From the IMG/VR virus record IMGVR_UViG_3300018080_000225, positions 1-53,766 of that record: a stretch of 53,766 nt of DNA, one strand, 5' to 3'. Positions 48,097-53,766 of the stretch are shown one piece after another. Under the pieces are notes generated by a model. It made no database searches and had not been told where the DNA came from. It was given only the letters and a program-made list of their open reading frames with translations. The position numbers and the translations under genes are program-made. Origin of the DNA: a virus (lineage: Duplodnaviria > Caudoviricetes). Position 1 is the stretch's first letter; each line of letters begins with the position of its first letter.

Positions 48097-48840
48097 TTAT
48101 TCTCCTATTAGTTGTTTGAGGCGAGGGATAATACCTTCGTTCAAACGTTTGTGTATAGCTACCTTACTAAGGCCAAGTTCCTTGGCTATCTCTGCCATTG
48201 TTTTTCCTTCAATCCGTCGTGTTATAATGATCTTTTCCTTTGACGTAAAGTAAAATGACTCAAGAATATCTTGTAACATTAACAATTCAATTGAACTTTG
48301 CGTTGCCAAACCATGAGTTGCAGTCATTTGTTTTTGACGTACAGTAGCATCCTCGAAGTCTTTTGCACCGCGTTTTTCTACTTCATCATATTGTTTGCAA
48401 TGGAAAAGTTGTTCAAATATACCTGAATCTTTTTTCAGTTCTGCTTTTAACCAATCACTTTCAATAGGCGGTCGAACCGTATAATCCGTTGAAACAAAAC
48501 GTATAATATCATGATATACAGTAGCATGTATACAACGATCCAGATTGTCATGTTTTGTCATTCCTTCATTTCGAGCGATACGGTCTAGGCATCTGACTAG
48601 GGAATACAAGCCTTCTGAAACCAGATCATCAGAACGGCCCTTTTGTCCTATTTTACCATTGACTCTTGCAGCAATTGCAAAAACTAATCTCATATAATGT
48701 AAAATAAGCTGATCCCGGATTACTTGATCGCCTTTTCTTAGTTGTTCAAGTTTTTGTGCTATCAAATCTTTCGGTATTAGCTCAGGTAAGGGTATATGAG
48801 AGAAGTATGACTCAAAACGCTGTCTATACGCTTTTTGCAT
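48097..48840 (-). CDS. Sigma70-family RNA polymerase sigma factor
   Basis: GD...RDQLI..YMRLV..IA, DDLVSEG..L (region 2); T.KEK.II..R..GKTMAEIAKELGLSK.AI (region 4). Confidence 0.85.
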   Translation of the reverse strand: MQKAYRQRFESYFSHIPLPELIPKDLIAQKLEQLRKGDQVIRDQLILHYMRLVFAIAARVNGKIGQKGRSDDLVSEGLYSLVRCLDRIARNEGMTKHDNLDRCIHATVYHDIIRFVSTDYTVRPPIESDWLKAELKKDSGIFEQLFHCKQYDEVEKRGAKDFEDATVRQKQMTATHGLATQSSIELLMLQDILESFYFTSKEKIIITRRIEGKTMAEIAKELGLSKVAIHKRLNEGIIPRLKQLIGE

Positions 48841-48853
48841 CTAATCTCCAATC

Positions 48854-48883
48854 TTGTAACTTTACAATCTTGTAACATTACAA
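48854..48883. promoter_or_regulatory. Tandem TTGTAAnnTTACAA palindromes upstream of the sigma factor
   Basis: Copies at 48854-48867 and 48870-48883, between the promoter and RBS. Confidence 0.8.
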
Positions 48884-48905
48884 TTTCCACATCAACTGTA
48901 CTACT

Positions 48906-48934
48906 ATTATAGCAGAACTGGACCCTTATGTCAA
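48906..48934 (-). promoter_or_regulatory. Consensus sigma70 promoter
   Basis: TTGACA-17-TATAAT with TGn. Confidence 0.8.
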
Positions 48935-49288
48935 GTTGACTGACCTTGGAATAATACCGGACATATAGGCAAAACAATTAGCCGGTCTAAATAACTTAGC
49001 ATATTCATCTTCGGTCGCTGCTATCAATACCCAAATACCAACACCTGCTAGTGACATAACTGGAAAATACTGTTTTTGTGCTTCGGTAAATGAAAACTTC
49101 TTAGGGTTCTTGACTTCAATCCAACGTGATCCATGTTCTTCATGCAAAGCATAGAGATCAGGGAATCCACGTTGATACATATTGCCATGCGTAGGCATGA
49201 CAGTCCAACCTCGGAGAGTCAGAAACGTTATCAAATCATTCTGAATCTTTTCTTCTGGTGAGCGTCTCAATGGGGGTGGCCTCTGCAA
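48926..49288 (-). CDS. VRR-NUC-like nuclease (Holliday junction resolvase candidate)
   Basis: E..IQ, GFPDL, WIEVK and T.AQ motifs. Confidence 0.8.
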   Translation of the reverse strand: MQRPPPLRRSPEEKIQNDLITFLTLRGWTVMPTHGNMYQRGFPDLYALHEEHGSRWIEVKNPKKFSFTEAQKQYFPVMSLAGVGIWVLIAATEDEYAKLFRPANCFAYMSGIIPRSVNLT

Positions 49289-49971
49289 AGATCCCTACCT
49301 TATGTTGTTGATACCAATGTAACTGTAACCCTTCTATGGTCATTTTACCTACGGTATGCCAAATATGATCGAGATCAATTTTTGTTGGTTTCTTATTGTC
49401 AGGGACTATTAAAATTTCACAATTTTGATGTTTCTTGCACCATTTACGTGCTTGTTTTTCCGATGGGAAATACGTTAATTTGATCTTAGGAGCAGTTTCA
49501 ACACCGATTAACACGAATATTTATTCCTTGTCATAAGTAAAATGAGCAACTTACAAGCGAGTTCAAGATCACCTACTTCAAGTGCTTCGGCTGCACGGTA
49601 CTGAAAATAATCATCATTATCACGATCTGCAATAACTTGGATTGTCTTATCCTTTGTCATGGATCGTAATTCTGATATGGTTTTGTTAATTAGTGCTTTT
49701 GGCAACTTTTTGGGATTGTGCATGAGTTGTTCTCCATAACTCTTTGAGAGCTTTCTTTCGTTCATTAAGTTCTACAAGATCATCCATATCACCCATCAAT
49801 TCAAGGTTATCCCAATAAGTAAGTGGCATTTCTTCATAATAACTTTTGAGTGCTTGAAATACAGGATGTTGTTCAATTTGTTCTAATGCTTTACTGATCT
49901 CTCGTTTTTTGAGTTTGCGGCATTTTGCTAAGTCTAAGATTGGCCGCATCCGATCATAGACCTCTTGATAT

Positions 49972-50325
49972 TCATTCGACATTCGGTTTTCTCCTTGTAA
50001 TTTCTACAAGCAATTGTGACTTTGACATTTTGCCATAGTAACGAATACCTAATTTTCCTGCCATTTTTCTTAACTCTTCAACTGACTTGTGAGCCAATGG
50101 CCCATGCTTCACAGTCTTTACCCATTCCCTTAATTGCCCAAGATTACCGAGGTCAATAAGCTCTTGCACCTGTTTTGTCCCATGTTGAGCAAATAGGTCT
50201 TTGAAATCCTGTGATCTTATAAGCTCTAAGATCGACCGCCATCTACTTAATTGGTATTCGACGGTTGCTGGATTACACGTTTTTTCTTTTTCTTGTCCGC
50301 CCATGAATCTAGTCCTGAATGCCAT
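49972..50325 (-). CDS. Protein with C-terminal Rho-N-like nucleic-acid-binding domain
   Basis: KSVEELRKMA.KLGI.YY.KMSKSQLL..I motif; start uncertain. Confidence 0.55.
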   Translation of the reverse strand: MAFRTRFMGGQEKEKTCNPATVEYQLSRWRSILELIRSQDFKDLFAQHGTKQVQELIDLGNLGQLREWVKTVKHGPLAHKSVEELRKMAGKLGIRYYGKMSKSQLLVEITRRKPNVE

Positions 50326-52652
50326 TCCATTTCAAGTAAAGGAACCACTTCTGTTAACTCTTCAATCGTGTCTTCAACAACTTGCTCGACACGATGCACA
50401 TATTTAGGATTAGTTGCACTCATTATCTCATCATGAATGTTAATTGGACGCACGATCCATTTACTATAACCTGATGGTTGAATTTCCCATATGTTACGTT
50501 GTACTTTCTTAGTTGCTTGAGCACCTGTTCCCTGGATAGGTGTATTAATGGCCGCACGAGCAATTTGTCCCTGTAATGAGTAACATGCTCCATAAAGTGC
50601 GGATGTTAAGGCTCCTACTGCTGTCTGTACACGATCTCCACGTACTACATTTACGTGTATGCGTCTCCATTCATCTGGGATGTTAATAGCAAGCGCAAAA
50701 AGTGTCTTGAGCACATCAAATTCAAGTGTAAAATAACGATCAAAACCCAATAACGTAGATACAGTTTGTTTAGGATCTCGCCAAACGTGTGAGGTTCCTT
50801 GTCCATCGGGTTGATGGATCGGTGAGTAATTTTCCATCGTTTTTGAACGAGCTTCACTGACTTTACGGAATCTTCTGCTGAATGCATTGAGTCCTGCTTT
50901 TGCTTGTTCTCGTGGTATTCCGAGTCTCTTTTGAAATGAATACTCGGTTCCTGCAAATAACCATGTAAATAACCCCGATTTACTGATCGTATAATAGTCT
51001 GGAGTCTGCCCATCTGATGCGATAATATCTTCATAGCTGAGACCTGGGTAGATAAATGTTCCAAAGAGAGCATGGATTTTAGTTCTAACTGTTCCCAATC
51101 CATCACATTCATAACAATCGACTTCTTGTCCTTTCGTTTTACTTTTCTTACGATCATCTATACAGCGTAATGATCCATGACATCGATGGCACTCTCGATC
51201 TTCTCTTAGTGCTGCTCGAAGTTCAGGATCATCATAAACAGCATCGGCAATCGTGACTTCAAATCCTGAGAAGTCACCACCGCATAAGTCTTCATCATCT
51301 TCTGCCCAAGCTAATGGGAATTTTGATCTTACGATCTTGGTTTTCTTGATACCTTGTGGATTGAGCTTATCAGCTCCTGCCATTCTGGAACTCAATGTCC
51401 CTAACACTTTGAATGATGCATGGAATCTATCTGCAATTAAGAGTTTGTTATACAGTTCAACCTCTTTTTGCGCCCTTCTTGCATCATAGACTTCTTTTGC
51501 ACGAGTCGATGCCTCGGTTTCCCAAGACATGATCTCTAAAAGTGACTCCTTGTCTGTTGAGTCTGTCATAACTAATGCTTCAACAGGATCAAGCACTTCT
51601 TTAATATAACGTAAAGCGGCTGCTGGTGCTGTCGGAACATCTTGTCCTGCATATTTGCCTTCTTTGATCTTCTTTGACGCTAAGGCAATCTCTTTTAATT
51701 CTCTTATTCCATCAAGATCAACCTTGAAACCCTTCCAACGAACTGCTCCAACCATGGCAGCTAGTGTAGAATCATCGTCTCCTGGTTCCATATTGAAATG
51801 ATTGTATAACATACGGGTGAATTTGACATCATCCCCTGCATACTTTTGAGCAGTTGGTCTAAAACCCCAATGTCTTATATGATATTCAATCCATTGAGGC
51901 CACGCCCCTTTCCACTTCCCTCGGAATTTCTTCTTCCCCTTGCCTTTCCACTCGGGTAACTTACCTACGGCTTTTGCATAAGGGGCATAACCAAGTTCTA
52001 AAGGCGAAAATTGTGCAGGTACACCTACTACATCATAATCAACTGTTTTTTCTCCAAAGATGTTCTCGATCAATGGCTTCAATGCAGTAGATGGAGCAAA
52101 AGATACATAGACATTTACAAACTTTTCATCTTTTGTTTCTTGTATACGCCATGCTGGTCCGGGGACTTTACGTCTTGCAAAGAACAAAGGCTCGAAAGGT
52201 AAGGCTTCATTTAGCCAATCACATACACGTCCCGCAAGTACAGCCGGAATTCTACGAATGTATATGTTCTTACGATCCATTGTTGACTGGTACGGGCCTT
52301 TACGCACATTCAACATTACATCACAACATTTTGCTGGTTTGAGGCAACCAAGATCACGAGCATCCTCTTCAAGTTCAGCATATCTTTCAGCATCAAGAAA
52401 CTCGTCGTATGGATGACGTTGCTGATACAGCCGAAGACAGGTATAGAGTTGACAGATATGAAACCAATCAAATGCCAGATGAAAAGCTATTACACAATTA
52501 TCTGCTATCTCCTCGATCAATAGTACGGTATCAGAAATAGGCACACGCCAAACTTCATGCAAGACTATAGGGCCATCATTTTTGGCATATTGGATCAATA
52601 CAACCGGACCATGAAAGCCACAACATTCGGTATCTATAAAATAGTTATCCAC
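50247..52652 (-). CDS. Family A DNA polymerase with 3'-5' exonuclease
   Basis: IDTE, HLAFD and YA.DD exonuclease motifs; GTLSSRM..NPQ; motif A DFSGFE; NTPIQGTGA; motif C IHDEI. Confidence 0.9.
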   Translation of the reverse strand: MDNYFIDTECCGFHGPVVLIQYAKNDGPIVLHEVWRVPISDTVLLIEEIADNCVIAFHLAFDWFHICQLYTCLRLYQQRHPYDEFLDAERYAELEEDARDLGCLKPAKCCDVMLNVRKGPYQSTMDRKNIYIRRIPAVLAGRVCDWLNEALPFEPLFFARRKVPGPAWRIQETKDEKFVNVYVSFAPSTALKPLIENIFGEKTVDYDVVGVPAQFSPLELGYAPYAKAVGKLPEWKGKGKKKFRGKWKGAWPQWIEYHIRHWGFRPTAQKYAGDDVKFTRMLYNHFNMEPGDDDSTLAAMVGAVRWKGFKVDLDGIRELKEIALASKKIKEGKYAGQDVPTAPAAALRYIKEVLDPVEALVMTDSTDKESLLEIMSWETEASTRAKEVYDARRAQKEVELYNKLLIADRFHASFKVLGTLSSRMAGADKLNPQGIKKTKIVRSKFPLAWAEDDEDLCGGDFSGFEVTIADAVYDDPELRAALREDRECHRCHGSLRCIDDRKKSKTKGQEVDCYECDGLGTVRTKIHALFGTFIYPGLSYEDIIASDGQTPDYYTISKSGLFTWLFAGTEYSFQKRLGIPREQAKAGLNAFSRRFRKVSEARSKTMENYSPIHQPDGQGTSHVWRDPKQTVSTLLGFDRYFTLEFDVLKTLFALAINIPDEWRRIHVNVVRGDRVQTAVGALTSALYGACYSLQGQIARAAINTPIQGTGAQATKKVQRNIWEIQPSGYSKWIVRPINIHDEIMSATNPKYVHRVEQVVEDTIEELTEVVPLLEMEWHSGLDSWADKKKKKRVIQQPSNTN

Positions 52653-53142
52653 CTACTTGTTTTACCTCAGTGTTCTTATATACTATGCCTGGACCATTTT
52701 GCGTAACTTCACCTGTCACTTTATTTGCTGTATTACATGACATACAGCAATAATATGTACACCCCTCTTTCTTTGGCATAGGCATTCCGCACTTTGCACA
52801 TCGAGGGTCAAATTCAATTACTTCAGGTATTGATAACTCAGCCATTATACAGCTCCTAAAACTTGGCTTAACATAATCTTACGACCTCTTTCAAGATCAC
52901 CGTCGCAATCGAAATCAAAGATCAACGCCCATTCAGGGTCATCTTTGTGGGTAAAATATTCCCATGATTGGCTGAGACTATGTTGCACAAAATTCTCGCC
53001 TCCATCTAATAATGCATCCATTTGATTACAATCAATTTTAATCTCGACTGCATTGACATTAAATGGTGCATCTAAATTAAGGCTAAAATAATATTTCAAA
53101 ATGTCACGAACGTCTTGGTCAATTTGATCTTGTCTTAATGAC

Positions 53143-53444
53143 TTAGCTTCCATCTTCTTCCTCTTGGATTTTAACTTGTTGTTCTGTCAACCATTGAAGA
53201 ACTTTTTTTCATACAATCGGGGCAAATATCAATGAATTGCCATTTTACTTGCCAATCTGTATCAAAGTATTCATATTCCGCAAATTCGATTGTTGTCTCA
53301 ATATATTTACTTGTACATGATCCTTCAGAATCTCTTATCGACCATCACATTGACAATGGTGTGGTAAAATTTCTTTTTTTGAAAGCCACAAACATCACAA
53401 ATAATCTCGACTAATACTTTCTGGTTAACTTGTTTTGTTTCATG
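53143..53444 (-). pseudogene. CxxC...CxxC small gene with two +1 A insertions and an in-frame TGA
   Basis: Removing one A from each A7 run (53374-53380, 53203-53209) gives MKQK...ICDVCG...LSM*WSIRD...DICPDCMKKVLQWLTEQQVKIQEEEDGS*. Confidence 0.6.
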
Positions 53445-53766
53445 GATTTTCATTAGAACATCCCAAAAGCTGTGCAGATCTCTTTATGATCTCGCATACA
53501 ATTCCAGCAGATTGCTCCAAGCCCACAATGATCGCATTGGTATAATAACTTGACTTCTTTGAAGCATAACGAACATGTTCCGCCTGGCAATTTATACATT
53601 AGGAACAAGGTTCTCCACAATCTGGTCCTTGAAGAAGGTTCAGATCGCAATGTGTTATATTGAAAGGAACAGCATGTTCGTATACTGATTGACGAGCTTG
53701 TTCGTTCAATTCATACTTGATACGATCAACATTTTTCCTGTCAATATGCCCATCATCAACATCCAT

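Larger units (their letters stand above)
19499..48883. repeat. Dispersed 14 bp palindrome TTGTAAnnTTACAA, 15 perfect copies
   Basis: Starts at 19499, 21301, 23518, 24505, 25275, 26048, 27154, 27425, 32905, 34357, 38697, 39929, 42126, 48854 and 48870; one-mismatch copies at 19420, 22152, 23834, 28424, 29083 and 40613. Confidence 0.9.

Noticed and set aside
19499-48883. Palindrome as a known host site (Rex, NtcA, canonical parS)
   Set aside because: Half-site and spacing differ from TTGTGAA-N4-TTCACAA, GTA-N8-TAC and TGTTTCACGTGAAACA.
2273-53414. Plus-strand ORFs in the track, and the minus-strand ORF 3627-3809
   Set aside because: They are antisense or out-of-frame shadows of well-supported minus-strand genes and show no recognisable motifs.
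21836-53444. Alternative genetic code explaining the in-frame stops
   Set aside because: All three stop types occur as lesions, and all three also end intact, tightly coupled genes.

Overview
A 53.8 kb segment of a large tailed dsDNA phage genome, probably siphovirus-like; every credible gene is on the minus strand. 1-18850 is an intact morphogenesis module: terS, lambda gpA-like terL, portal, head-tail adaptor, scaffold, P22-coat-like major capsid, four paralogous decoration-like proteins (one with a signal peptide and two Ig domains), a holin-like gene, two tandem tail-tube paralogs, a tail assembly chaperone with a -1 frameshift, and a tape measure gene of over 1690 aa that runs off the window and is missing from the ORF track. 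18850-21800 is a palindrome- and repeat-rich control region, possibly the genome end. 21800-53766 holds early and replication genes: ArdC-like, SWIM-PolX, ATP-dependent ligase, ParB-like, PD-(D/E)XK nuclease, RlpA-like, UvrD-like, sigma factor, VRR-NUC and a divergent PolA. These are driven by nine perfect TTGACA-17-TGnTATAAT promoters and carry 15 perfect TTGTAAnnTTACAA palindromes. The most notable locus is 32977-38310: tRNA-Leu plus circularly permuted tRNA-mimic Y RNA (YrlA-like) genes, followed by a J-domain/atypical kinase, four small membrane proteins, a vWA protein and a divergent PurA-like enzyme. Many small accessory genes carry nonsense or homopolymer frameshift lesions while core genes appear intact. 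All calls come from motif recognition by eye; no database searches were run.
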